Part shown: one piece after another, positions 16,572 to 25,831 of the stretch | Numbering within the stretch: position 1 is the stretch's first letter | Layout of the letters: every line of letters starts with the position of its first letter | Virus record (IMG/VR): IMGVR_UViG_3300037312_000769 | Span: 5,059-69,058 of that record | DNA length: 64,000 nucleotides | Direction: 5' to 3' (one strand) | Source of the DNA: a virus | Made by a program: the position numbers and the translations under genes | The notes under the pieces: generated by a model | Told to the model about the DNA's origin: nothing | What the model saw: only the letters and a program-made list of their open reading frames with translations | The model's database searches: none

Positions 16572-18188
16572 TCAATGCGGCGCTGCGTTCATGGAGACCG
16601 CTACGCGGCTCGGAGTCGAATTGGTGATGTCGATTTTTACGCCTTGCCCGTTACGGGCCATCAGAGCCAGAATTTTGCTGATGTACTGCTGGGTTTCCTT
16701 TGGCGCATAGCGCTCCCAATCGTCGCCGTGAGCAGCGATGTCGGCATCCAATCGAGGTTGGTCCCTGTTACCCATGCCCCAGTTGTACGCCGCTAGCGCC
16801 TTTCGAACGTCCCCGCCGTATCGTTTCAGCAGGTAGGCGTCGTACCGAGCGCCCGCATCCATGGAGTCTTGAAGATTATTGATGTCTCCACCGTTTCCCC
16901 ATTGCCGCCAGGTGCCGGGCATGAACTGCATCGGCCCTTGTGCGCCCTTAGGCGAAAGTAAATGCTTTCCGCCACCCGATTCGATTTGGTATTGAGCCGC
17001 CAAGATGCCGGATGGCAGTCCAGTCGCGGATTCCATCTGAGTAGGGCTTGTCGACATGCTAAGAATGTTACTGCGCAGCCAGTTACCCATTGACCTAAGC
17101 CCGGAGGTAACGCGCCCCTCGTTGGGCTGAGCGACGCCCGGGTTTTCGAGCGCGTCGAGCAGGCTCTTAGCTTCCGGCCCAGCCACCTTGAGGAGATTGA
17201 TCGCAGCCGCCGCCGCGGCATCGGCCATCGTTTTAAGCTCCGGGCCGGCATTGGCGAGTTGGTCGTTAAACGTGTTGATGACCTCGGCCCAGTCCGATTT
17301 GAGAGCAGCCTTCACGTCCGACGCCTGATCTGCGGTGCCTTGATCAACGGCGGCCTTTTGCGCCGCGATCAACTCTTTCTGCTGCGCCTTTTGCCACTCT
17401 TGATCGCCGTAACTTGCCCCCGTGCGCAGTTGTTGCAGCGAGAGGAAGTCAGTGAAGCCGTAGGCTTGAGCCATCGATGCCGCGGGCAACCCGGATTTCT
17501 GCCACTCTCGGTATTTCCCGCTCGCCGCTCGAGCGAAGTCGTATGTCAGTTGCTCGGCGTCTTCGTTCTGGATCTGTTGCGGCGTGAGACCGGCCGAGAT
17601 CAACGCACGCCACTTCGACACATCACCCTGGGCATTCGCGATGTTTCCGAGATCGGAGGTGCCCAGCCCGAACTTTTCGAAATTCGCTGCGAACGCTTGC
17701 GACTGACCGATTTTCAAGCCAAGACCGCGAGACTGCAGATTCTGGCCAGCCAGTGCATTTACGGATGCAAACACGGCGGCCGGCCCGGAGAGAGCTACGC
17801 CTCCGAGGGCACCAAGCTTCAAAAGCATGCCACTCATCCGAGAGATGTCTTTGTGCATCTCCTTCGATGCGCGAGCCATCAGGCCCATCTGCTTCGCGCC
17901 ATCCTTGGCCTTGGTATTGAACTTGTCCTGAACACCACCAGCCTTGTGCATCGCCTTCGTGATGGCATCGGCTTGGATTGCCGCGATCATCAGGAATTCT
18001 TGCGAGTGTTTCGAAGACTTGGAGAAATCCTCCATCTCTCCGCCCGCATCACCCAGCACGCCGACGACCTTTTTCCAGTCTTCGGGCATGTCGGCCAGCT
18101 TCTTCTGGTATTCCTGGAAGAGGCCGTAGAACGCCGCAAACTTGCCCTCTGGATCGATGTCGACCTGAATAATGCTCTTGGCTGTCAT
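16572..18188 (-). CDS. tail tape-measure protein with a lytic transglycosylase (SLT) domain
   Basis: Segment GTWRQWGNGGDINNLQDSMDAGARYDAYLLKRYGGDVRKALAAYNWG is SLT-like. Long alpha-helical N-terminal region. Located after the chaperone gene. Confidence 0.6.
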   Translation of the reverse strand: MTAKSIIQVDIDPEGKFAAFYGLFQEYQKKLADMPEDWKKVVGVLGDAGGEMEDFSKSSKHSQEFLMIAAIQADAITKAMHKAGGVQDKFNTKAKDGAKQMGLMARASKEMHKDISRMSGMLLKLGALGGVALSGPAAVFASVNALAGQNLQSRGLGLKIGQSQAFAANFEKFGLGTSDLGNIANAQGDVSKWRALISAGLTPQQIQNEDAEQLTYDFARAASGKYREWQKSGLPAASMAQAYGFTDFLSLQQLRTGASYGDQEWQKAQQKELIAAQKAAVDQGTADQASDVKAALKSDWAEVINTFNDQLANAGPELKTMADAAAAAAINLLKVAGPEAKSLLDALENPGVAQPNEGRVTSGLRSMGNWLRSNILSMSTSPTQMESATGLPSGILAAQYQIESGGGKHLLSPKGAQGPMQFMPGTWRQWGNGGDINNLQDSMDAGARYDAYLLKRYGGDVRKALAAYNWGMGNRDQPRLDADIAAHGDDWERYAPKETQQYISKILALMARNGQGVKIDITNSTPSRVAVSMNAAPH

Positions 18189-18297
18189 GGTCTCTTGAGG
18201 GCGTCTAGCAAGTAGCGTTGGCGATAGTGCAGGGCCGAGTGAAAGGGGGAGTTGTACCGTTCAAAGAACTCGTCAAACCCTTCGCCTGACATCCAAC

Positions 18298-18936
18298 TCA
18301 GGATGGAATCGAGGACTGTGTTGCTTTCGTAGGTGCGACCGGCGTCGAGTTCGGTAAGGAAGCGACGAATTCCGTAGGTGAAGATGATGTAATCGAGGCA
18401 TCCAGAAAAGATGCATACGCTTTCGCCGTCGCCTCGCGATTTGCCTTGCGCGCCATCGCATAGTTGCAGGTAAAAAAAACGATCCCTGCGAGCACCTCCT
18501 CCCAGTCTTCCGATTCGATTTTTCCGCTCGAGATGGCGGTATCGACGGGTAGCATGTCCCAGCCATGCGGGCCTGGGCAGAAGATCATCGTGAGGCGCTT
18601 CAACTCGCCAATGAGAGCGTTGGTTTCGTCGTCTCGGACGTTCCCGGTTTCGTCGACAAGCCCTCGGGCGATCGCGTCCTTGCGGCCCTCGTCCTTCAAG
18701 AGCAATGCAGAGATGCGAGGCCCCGATTGGGTGAGATAGTGCATGCCCTTGCCGGCGAGAGCGGATTTCGTCGCAGCCAGCACGCGGAAATGCTGCTCGA
18801 AGACCTCGCGCGAAATGGGCGTGTGGTAAGCCCACAGCCGCACGACTTCGTCGGTCACTTCCTTGTCGTGTACCTTTTTGGTGACGAAATCCGTCACGAC
18901 CGGCAATACCAACCGGCGTTGCTCATCAATCTTCAT
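18298..18936 (-). CDS. tail assembly chaperone (G-like); the overlapping frame 18185..18835 may be the frameshift extension (GT-like)
   Basis: Lies between the tube and tape-measure genes. A second long ORF overlaps it on the same strand in another frame. Confidence 0.45.
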   Translation of the reverse strand: MKIDEQRRLVLPVVTDFVTKKVHDKEVTDEVVRLWAYHTPISREVFEQHFRVLAATKSALAGKGMHYLTQSGPRISALLLKDEGRKDAIARGLVDETGNVRDDETNALIGELKRLTMIFCPGPHGWDMLPVDTAISSGKIESEDWEEVLAGIVFFTCNYAMARKANREATAKAYASFLDASITSSSPTEFVASLPNSTPVAPTKATQSSIPS

Positions 18937-19026
18937 CCTGATCCCTTCATCAGCCCTTATTGAGATGCTGCGGCAACCGGCAAGGGAAACCGGCTTTCGG
19001 ATCGCGTTCCTAGCCGCAGCAAAGCG

Positions 19027-19470
19027 TTAGCTCAATGACCAGAGCGCCCCGTTAATGTTGAATGTGCCTCGGAGCGTCAGCCGAACAACCGGGTCAGTGC
19101 CATCGAATGCGCCCGGATCGATCGCGCGAATCGCCGTATCGTTCAGCGTAATCGGCGGCCATGCCGACGTATCGCTGTAGATCGTGACGTCGCCCAACAG
19201 CGTCGAGTTCTGCGCTTGAGCCAGCCAACTCGCGGAGAGCGTTTGTGGGCGCAATAGCCCGACCGTGATCGAAGACATGACGTACGGCTCCGGCGAGTTC
19301 ACGACGCCCGTTCCGGTCTCCACCTGATGCGTCCAATCGCCTTCGAATTCGACGCGGGCAAAAGACTTGCCCATGAATTGAGCGGTGATGTTCAGTGTCG
19401 GCGTAGCCGGCACAACGACATGCACCCGAACGCGATTCAACGGGCCAGCGGTGAGGTAAGGATTTGCCAT
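19027..19470 (-). CDS. tail tube protein
   Basis: 147 aa, directly downstream of the sheath gene. Size and position match Mu M / P2 FII. Confidence 0.6.
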   Translation of the reverse strand: MANPYLTAGPLNRVRVHVVVPATPTLNITAQFMGKSFARVEFEGDWTHQVETGTGVVNSPEPYVMSSITVGLLRPQTLSASWLAQAQNSTLLGDVTIYSDTSAWPPITLNDTAIRAIDPGAFDGTDPVVRLTLRGTFNINGALWSLS

Positions 19471-19483
19471 TTTGATTTACCCC

Positions 19484-20809
19484 TTAGCCCACGAATTGAA
19501 CTGCGTCTAAATCGAAGGTCAACGTAAGAAATCCATTCTGTCCAACCACCGTCGCCGACAGGCCGTCGTAAATACCGCTGTTGTAGTCGCTCGGGTTTTG
19601 CGCCGTGTACGTGGCGAACGAAACAGCATTGATCACCGCACTCAGCGCGCAGCCGAATTGCACTGCGTCGTCGCCGATGCTTTGGGCGATGGACTGCAGC
19701 GTATTGATGCCATGCTGGTTGTAGATCAATGGAGGATTGCTGTTCGATCCGTTGATGATCGCGTTGGCAAGGGCTTGCTTAACCTGAATGCGGAACCAGT
19801 CGATTCCGTACCACCAGGACGCCTGCTCTCCATCCATAGTCGTGCCTTTGAATTGACACGCTGTCGATACGCCGCCTTCGGCACCGGTCAGAATCAGATT
19901 GCCATAGGCGGTCAAAACGGTATTGATGTTCGTCTGATTGCCATTGGGCGACCATGGCGTCACGCCGTACACGTACCGATAAGCCATAGGCGCGAGCGGG
20001 TTGGCCGAGCCTGGCTTGTTGACGAGCCACTGGTAAAACATCGCCGCCATTTGGAACTCGGTCGAGGCCTGCGTCGGACTCGGGACCAGCGTGACGACAG
20101 CCTTATTCGCCGCGTACGTCGAGACATTCGCAACCGTCGTGGTGACGAAGAAGTACGTTTGCCCGCTCGGGCTTTCGTAGTTCGCCGTCATCGTGTTCAG
20201 CGCCGCGGCGGCATCGTGATCCCAGGATGGCGGCACCAGATAGGCATAGAACACTTGCGGGCTGGAATTTGCGGTGATCCACGTTTGCAGCGCCGTGATG
20301 GCATTGGCGGTAGACGTTTCGGTGCCCAGCTCGAGCACATACAAGCCGACCGAATTGCCTTGCGCGAAATGCGTCGTGGCGGCGTCCAGCAGGAACGCCG
20401 AATAGGGCGGCGTGTACGTTCCCGAAATCGTTTCTGAGCCGGGATTCGCCGCAAGCGCGAACGTGAACGTGTTCGCGCCCGTCACCGTAGCGACGTACGT
20501 CCCGTTGTAAGCAGACGGAGTTACTCCCGCAATGGTCGTCGTGAACGTCGCGCCGCTCGTCAGCTCAAGAGTGGCCGTCGCAGTAGCCGTTACGGTTCCC
20601 GACGCCCACGCGAGGCTAGTCAATGCGAGCGGAGCGGCAAGAATCGCCGTGACCTGCGAAAGTTGACCGCAGTATTGATACGTCCCGGGGGTAAGAGTCG
20701 TCCCGCCCGCAGACACGTAAGCGCCGCTCTGTTGAAGCTGAGAGACAGCCGGCGCCCGCGTAACGGTGGTATTAACCGTTACGATCGTCGGAGTGATGGT
20801 GGTTGCCAT
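19484..20809 (-). CDS. contractile tail sheath protein
   Basis: 441 aa with sheath-like size and composition, preceding the tube gene. Confidence 0.65.
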   Translation of the reverse strand: MATTITPTIVTVNTTVTRAPAVSQLQQSGAYVSAGGTTLTPGTYQYCGQLSQVTAILAAPLALTSLAWASGTVTATATATLELTSGATFTTTIAGVTPSAYNGTYVATVTGANTFTFALAANPGSETISGTYTPPYSAFLLDAATTHFAQGNSVGLYVLELGTETSTANAITALQTWITANSSPQVFYAYLVPPSWDHDAAAALNTMTANYESPSGQTYFFVTTTVANVSTYAANKAVVTLVPSPTQASTEFQMAAMFYQWLVNKPGSANPLAPMAYRYVYGVTPWSPNGNQTNINTVLTAYGNLILTGAEGGVSTACQFKGTTMDGEQASWWYGIDWFRIQVKQALANAIINGSNSNPPLIYNQHGINTLQSIAQSIGDDAVQFGCALSAVINAVSFATYTAQNPSDYNSGIYDGLSATVVGQNGFLTLTFDLDAVQFVG

Positions 20810-20827
20810 TTAGGCGGGCTCCGGGAG

Positions 20828-21124
20828 TTAAGACCAGCTAACGGCGAGCGTTTGGCCCGTGCCGGGCGCAACAACGATCCCGGTCGCCGTGGGCATAGCG
20901 TTGAAGTTGATGACGCCCGCCGTGTTGGGGATCACTCCAATCTGATCGGCAGCCGTATTGCCGCTGGTCGATGCGCTGTCGTAGACGGCACCGGCAGCAG
21001 AGCCGGCCACCACAACCGAGACCGTGAATACGCGGCCAGGCGAACTCTTGATAACCGTTGCGGCCGTGATATCGAGCGTCGTCGCAGTGCCGCCCGGCAC
21101 CGGAGCGAGAGGGTATTGGGGCAT
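20828..21124 (-). CDS. hypothetical virion protein
   Basis: 98-aa ORF between the terminator at 21135-21161 and the sheath gene. Confidence 0.35.
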   Translation of the reverse strand: MPQYPLAPVPGGTATTLDITAATVIKSSPGRVFTVSVVVAGSAAGAVYDSASTSGNTAADQIGVIPNTAGVINFNAMPTATGIVVAPGTGQTLAVSWS

Positions 21125-21134
21125 TCCAAGACTC

Positions 21135-21161
21135 CAAATAAAAAAGCCCGCTCGAGGCGGG
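21135..21161 (-). terminator. intrinsic terminator / attenuator within the late operon
   Basis: Hairpin gcccgcctcgagcgggc plus TTTTTTATTT on the minus strand. Confidence 0.45.
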
Positions 21162-21187
21162 CAGAAAGAACCAGCGGGAACGCCCCG

Positions 21188-22147
21188 TCAGGTTGTGATC
21201 GAAGAGAATCCAGCAGAAAGGATCAGTCGTCGGGCGACCGCATCGGCCGTCGTTTGGAAGTACCAGGCGACGATATGGATCGTCTTTTTCATGGCGATCG
21301 CGGCGATCTCGACTTGGGGCCGCTTGTCATCGCGAGGGACCGGCGTGTTGCCGAATCCAAAGTTGTTCGTATTGACCGAGTAATCGATCAGCATGGCGAG
21401 ATACTGAATCGCCATTTGATTCGTGAATCCATACAGCGTCAGCTTCACGTTGTCTTTCGCAAGCTGCGAGCTCGCCATCGGCTGCAGGTTTGTCGGCGGC
21501 GTCGGGTTCCCCGGCCATTGGTAGATCGGGAAGGACGGCGCCTCCGTCATGTCGGGCTCGATGTGCGCCACCACATAGGGCGGGACGACGTTGTCGGGCA
21601 CGAGGAAGGACGGATATACCGGAACCGTCGTGGTTTGGAATGTCGTTTGCGACAGCCAGATCGGCAGGCTGTTCGATGCGATCGGCTCGACAGGCAGATC
21701 GGCTGAGCTCGCGATCAGTTGCGAGGAGAGCGCCGGATAAACCGCGAAGCCGCGGTAATGCCAAAGCCCAGCCTGACGATAATTCGCGCCAGTTTCCGAG
21801 AAGGCCACCCGAAGCGTTGCAGCGTCGACAACCCACGAACCGACCCACATCGTGCCTGGAGCGATCGCATTCAATTGCGACACTTCTTCGGTCGCAGTGA
21901 ATACCATCTTGTTTGCCGCGATGGTCTGGTCTTCTTCCTGCTTTCGGTCGGTTAGTACGTGCAGGGATCCCGTGAATGACTGACTCGATCCGCTTGCGAC
22001 CCAAAACACATACCCATCAGTCGGTAGTGTCGATTTGGTGTATTGCTGAAACGAAACTGTCTGGTTGCTCGATATCTGGGCGACGCCAGCGGCAAGCGAT
22101 GCGGCCAGTTGCGATGGTGCGCCTGCGGCTTCTGAAATCAGACTCAT
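21188..22147 (-). CDS. hypothetical head-tail joining/structural protein
   Basis: 319-aa ORF in the structural block; 4-bp overlap upstream. Confidence 0.4.
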   Translation of the reverse strand: MSLISEAAGAPSQLAASLAAGVAQISSNQTVSFQQYTKSTLPTDGYVFWVASGSSQSFTGSLHVLTDRKQEEDQTIAANKMVFTATEEVSQLNAIAPGTMWVGSWVVDAATLRVAFSETGANYRQAGLWHYRGFAVYPALSSQLIASSADLPVEPIASNSLPIWLSQTTFQTTTVPVYPSFLVPDNVVPPYVVAHIEPDMTEAPSFPIYQWPGNPTPPTNLQPMASSQLAKDNVKLTLYGFTNQMAIQYLAMLIDYSVNTNNFGFGNTPVPRDDKRPQVEIAAIAMKKTIHIVAWYFQTTADAVARRLILSAGFSSITT

Positions 22148-22617
22148 GTGTTATCCAACCATGCGCGAAAGCTGGCCTGATAAAGCCCGGTATCCACGAA
22201 TGAAGCGCGCGCCTTGTTTTTTTGGGAGTAAGGGTTTTTCTTTCGGTGGTTTATGCCGGCGTCAGCAGCAGCAACCTTCTGTCCGCTCGTTCGGTTCCAC
22301 TCCCCGGAATCCAGATAGTCGCGGAACGCTTCCTCGATCCGGCCGTTGACGCTCTGCCCTGAAATCACGCGGTCGCCTAGGTGGGTCGACACATCTCGGC
22401 TGGCTAACGCCAGCACGGGCTTACCTTGGGCTAGCGATTCGATCTCGCCCACCATGGCATCAGCGAGAAAGTTTCCTATCTCGTCCTCATGCAATTCGAG
22501 GAACGTACGCATGACATGGTAGTCAGCCTCCAGAAACTCGGCGACATCGCCTGTCGTCGTCGACTTGCCATCTTCCGTATAAGCCACATCGACTACACCG
22601 AGATTCAAAGTGACCAT
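22144..22617 (-). CDS. hypothetical structural protein (neck / head-completion candidate)
   Basis: 157-aa ORF, translationally coupled to both neighbours. Confidence 0.4.
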   Translation of the reverse strand: MVTLNLGVVDVAYTEDGKSTTTGDVAEFLEADYHVMRTFLELHEDEIGNFLADAMVGEIESLAQGKPVLALASRDVSTHLGDRVISGQSVNGRIEEAFRDYLDSGEWNRTSGQKVAAADAGINHRKKNPYSQKNKARASFVDTGLYQASFRAWLDNT

Positions 22618-23267
22618 CAGCTAACCTCGACGATGCTCGGCCCGTACATCTGGGCGTACGCCAGATATTCGCGGCCCCATGGTGTATTGAGTTGATCCAA
22701 CCCCTGCATCGTCAGGCCCTTGATGAAGTCGGCCGTCACCAAGGTTTCTGACGTCGATTGGTCCGCTGACGATGCCACTGGGCCAGCCTGAAAAGTCAGA
22801 AGATTGAATGCCTTCCGTTGATCGGCGAAGAATGTCTGACCGGATTGGTCCTGCCCAATTTTGAGCAGTTGATGCATGCCAAGGTTATAGACAGCCAAGA
22901 CATACATCAGCGCCGGCATCCCCGGCGGAGGCGCCAGGGCAATATCGATCGCCACACTGAACGCCCATGCTAGGTAAGGCGAATATGTCGTTGCGCTGGC
23001 GGCGCTCACTGCGAACGACGGAGCCGGAGATACGGTTCCGCTGTTTGTCCCGGAATTCCACGTTGCGATGTACGTGTTGATCCCGGTCCCGATCAGGGCC
23101 ATGCCAACTGCAATCGTCCCCGTCGAACTAGATGCGGAGAGATTCCCAGATGCATCTATGCTGACCGCAGTAAGCGTGCCGCTAGGAAGATCAGCAGACG
23201 GCACGCCTTGATTCAGCACGAACGTATTGAAGTCCGGGACGTTCGGCGCAGTCGGGTTAGCCCACAT
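22617..23267 (-). CDS. hypothetical structural protein
   Basis: 216-aa ORF in the head-tail joining block. Confidence 0.4.
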   Translation of the reverse strand: MWANPTAPNVPDFNTFVLNQGVPSADLPSGTLTAVSIDASGNLSASSSTGTIAVGMALIGTGINTYIATWNSGTNSGTVSPAPSFAVSAASATTYSPYLAWAFSVAIDIALAPPPGMPALMYVLAVYNLGMHQLLKIGQDQSGQTFFADQRKAFNLLTFQAGPVASSADQSTSETLVTADFIKGLTMQGLDQLNTPWGREYLAYAQMYGPSIVEVS

Positions 23268-23269
23268 CG

Positions 23270-23581
23270 TTAAACCGCCTGAATGATTTGCCCGCCGAGG
23301 GAAAGGTACGCCGGGAGATCATCGAAAGCCGGCATGACGGCAATGAATGGAGCGCCCATCGACGCGGCGATCTTGCGCGGGGCAAATGCCCAAGAGCAGT
23401 GACCGCGAGACGAGACGATCTTCATGCCCTTGGCCATCAGCGCCTTCACTTCCTCGGCTCGAGTCATGCGCTCCGCAGTGGCGGCCGAAACTGCGGCATC
23501 CACCGCGGAGCGCATTTCATCGGAAAGTCGGAATGCCTTCATCTCAGATGTCCAGACGCGCGTTTTCGGGCGCATTTGCAT
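23270..23581 (-). CDS. hypothetical protein
   Basis: 103-aa ORF in the structural block. Confidence 0.35.
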   Translation of the reverse strand: MQMRPKTRVWTSEMKAFRLSDEMRSAVDAAVSAATAERMTRAEEVKALMAKGMKIVSSRGHCSWAFAPRKIAASMGAPFIAVMPAFDDLPAYLSLGGQIIQAV

Positions 23582-24056
23582 CGACCGACACGCTCATCTG
23601 AATCTCTTTGCCGGTGGGAGAACCGCGCGGGTCCGTTTCCTGAATGACCTCAACCGTCGTCACTTTGGCGAGACGCTTTCGTTTGTCTCGGGGTGCGCGA
23701 TTGGCCTGGTCCATCGCAAGAGCGCCTCGTTGCGCTTCGATCGCGGAGATTTTTTCTTGAGCCTCAACGCGCGACTCGTGACCGCTTTGAATCTGAGTTT
23801 CGGTGGTCGGCTTGTTCAGGCTATACATCCAGCCGGAGAAGTTTTCCATCCGACCATTCGTTTCGCTCGATCGACGGAAGCCCGCCGTCTCGAGTTGGCG
23901 AATGAAGTACTCGATGTTCGAATCGGTCCAGCCTTCACCAATCGCTTCCTGGCGCCCCGAATGAACTTCGAGCTCGTGAATCCGGTTGGATTCAGGGAGG
24001 CGGTAGTTGAACTTCAGGCGTTGCTTTGTTCCGTTCGCTACGAAAATCTTGGTCAT
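23544..24056 (-). CDS. hypothetical structural protein
   Basis: 170-aa ORF whose ATG lies just downstream of the terminator at 24069-24092. Confidence 0.35.
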   Translation of the reverse strand: MTKIFVANGTKQRLKFNYRLPESNRIHELEVHSGRQEAIGEGWTDSNIEYFIRQLETAGFRRSSETNGRMENFSGWMYSLNKPTTETQIQSGHESRVEAQEKISAIEAQRGALAMDQANRAPRDKRKRLAKVTTVEVIQETDPRGSPTGKEIQMSVSVDANAPENARLDI

Positions 24057-24068
24057 CTTTCTTTCCCT

Positions 24069-24092
24069 AAAAAGAAAACCGCCCGAAGGCGG
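24069..24092 (-). terminator. intrinsic terminator/attenuator downstream of the major capsid gene
   Basis: Hairpin ccgccttcgggcgg plus TTTTCTTTTT on the minus strand. Confidence 0.5.
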
Positions 24093-24176
24093 CTATTCCC
24101 CTGAATGCTGAACCCGCACCAGGCCGGCCAGGGAACCGGCTTTTCGGATGCGCAATCCTAGGCGCGGGGTTAAGCG

Positions 24177-25202
24177 TTAATGCGGGATCGACAGAATGTA
24201 GAGTCCAGCGCCGCGGACGTTCCAGCCACTGGTTATACGGTTTTCATAGACCGTCGTGATCGCCCCATCTTCGGTCGGCGTCGGGATTTCGATCGGCGCG
24301 GCCATCGCTGCGTATTGCAGGTTCACCGCCTTCATGGCCGGCGACATCTCGCCGAAGACGTTGGTGTTGATGCCAGGGATGTCCGGCACTTCCACCTCGG
24401 GGATCGTGAGGATGACCGCATCCGCGCCCGCCGCACCCTTGCCGATAAGCGTGTCGTCGAAGTACCAGACGAGGTCGTCGCCGGCTTCCTTCATCTGCTC
24501 TTGGGCAACGTTCGCGGTCGTCTGCGTGCCCGCACCCGGACGCTGGTAGGCCGTGACCTGAACGATGTTCGCGATCTGCGCTTGCAAGAAGATGCGCTGC
24601 GGGCTGATCACGACGATCTTGTTGTGAATCTTGCCGCCCGACTGGAACATGCCGATCTTCAGGTTGACGATCTGCGTGAGCAGCCACAGAGCCATTGCGC
24701 CGTTGTCGTACGTCGAGAACGTCGTATTGCCGTACGGATCGGGCGGCAGCGTCACTTGCGTAGCGCCGGGTGCGTTGAGCAGGCCCTCGCCATTGCTCGG
24801 CTGGTAGCCGTAGAGCAGCGACGTACGGTATTGCTGGTAATGCCCCTGACGCGCAGCAAGGGCCTGGGCGGCCGGCAGGCTGACGTTATAGTTCGCCGCG
24901 GCAGCAGTGTCGTGGCGATCCCATACCGAGCGCGTGCGCACGAGATAGGTCGGCGTGCCGAATTGCTCACCGACGAGCGTTGCGCTCGGCAGGAAATTCG
25001 GTGCCGACTGGGAGGCTTGCGCCTCGGTGCGCAGGTCGAGCGAATTCACGTAGACGTACAGATCGTCTTCGCTGATCTTGACACGGGGTTTGCCGCCCTG
25101 CAGAGCTTCGAATGCACCCGACGCTTGCGCGTAGGTGACGATGAGATCGGGCTCGGCGAAATGCGGGTTGATTCGCGCCCGAGCCGGAAAGAGGTTTGCC
25201 AT
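24177..25202 (-). CDS. major capsid protein (candidate)
   Basis: 341 aa, following the scaffold and a small head gene, with a strong terminator downstream. Assignment by synteny and size only. Confidence 0.5.
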   Translation of the reverse strand: MANLFPARARINPHFAEPDLIVTYAQASGAFEALQGGKPRVKISEDDLYVYVNSLDLRTEAQASQSAPNFLPSATLVGEQFGTPTYLVRTRSVWDRHDTAAAANYNVSLPAAQALAARQGHYQQYRTSLLYGYQPSNGEGLLNAPGATQVTLPPDPYGNTTFSTYDNGAMALWLLTQIVNLKIGMFQSGGKIHNKIVVISPQRIFLQAQIANIVQVTAYQRPGAGTQTTANVAQEQMKEAGDDLVWYFDDTLIGKGAAGADAVILTIPEVEVPDIPGINTNVFGEMSPAMKAVNLQYAAMAAPIEIPTPTEDGAITTVYENRITSGWNVRGAGLYILSIPH

Positions 25203-25214
25203 GTCTTAGGCTCC

Positions 25215-25820
25215 TTAGATCTGGATCATGGCAGCGTTACCCGTCGTCCAGGTCAATGCCCCGGTGCCCGAGTTGTAGCTGACGATCTTGCTGTTGGAAT
25301 TGAACGACAGGATTTTCGTCGTCGCCGGCAGCGCAAACGCGCCACTCGTGCCAGAGGCGGTGAGCTGGAACAACGCAGGATCCCAGTACAACGTCTGGTT
25401 GATCGCGCCACCTTCCAGCGAAGCGACCAGGCTCGACAGGACCGACACCGCGATACGGGCATTCGACCCGAAGCGGTAGTAGTTCATCGTCATGCCGGCC
25501 AGCGCTTGTTGCACGCTGTTGCCGGGAACGATGATCATGTTGTGGCCCTGATCGAATACCGTCATGCCGGTCACGTTGCCCGCAGCGCTGGCCAGAACCA
25601 GCGAATTGCCGAGCGAGTTGGCGTTGACCGTTGCGACTTCTTCGGTCACGGCCAGGCCGCCCCAGACGGGTTGCGTGACGCTCGACGCGATCGTGCCGCT
25701 GAGCAGCCACATGCGCGACGACGTATCGTCAAACGTCGTGCCTTGAACGTAGCCCTCGGTCGACTGGACGAAGGTATTCGTCGGCGACGTCGTAAGCTGC
25801 GGATTAAAAGAGATGGTCAT
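25215..25820 (-). CDS. head protein (decoration/minor capsid candidate)
   Basis: 201-aa ORF between the scaffold and the major capsid gene. Confidence 0.35.
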   Translation of the reverse strand: MTISFNPQLTTSPTNTFVQSTEGYVQGTTFDDTSSRMWLLSGTIASSVTQPVWGGLAVTEEVATVNANSLGNSLVLASAAGNVTGMTVFDQGHNMIIVPGNSVQQALAGMTMNYYRFGSNARIAVSVLSSLVASLEGGAINQTLYWDPALFQLTASGTSGAFALPATTKILSFNSNSKIVSYNSGTGALTWTTGNAAMIQI

Positions 25821-25831
25821 CTATCGGCTCC

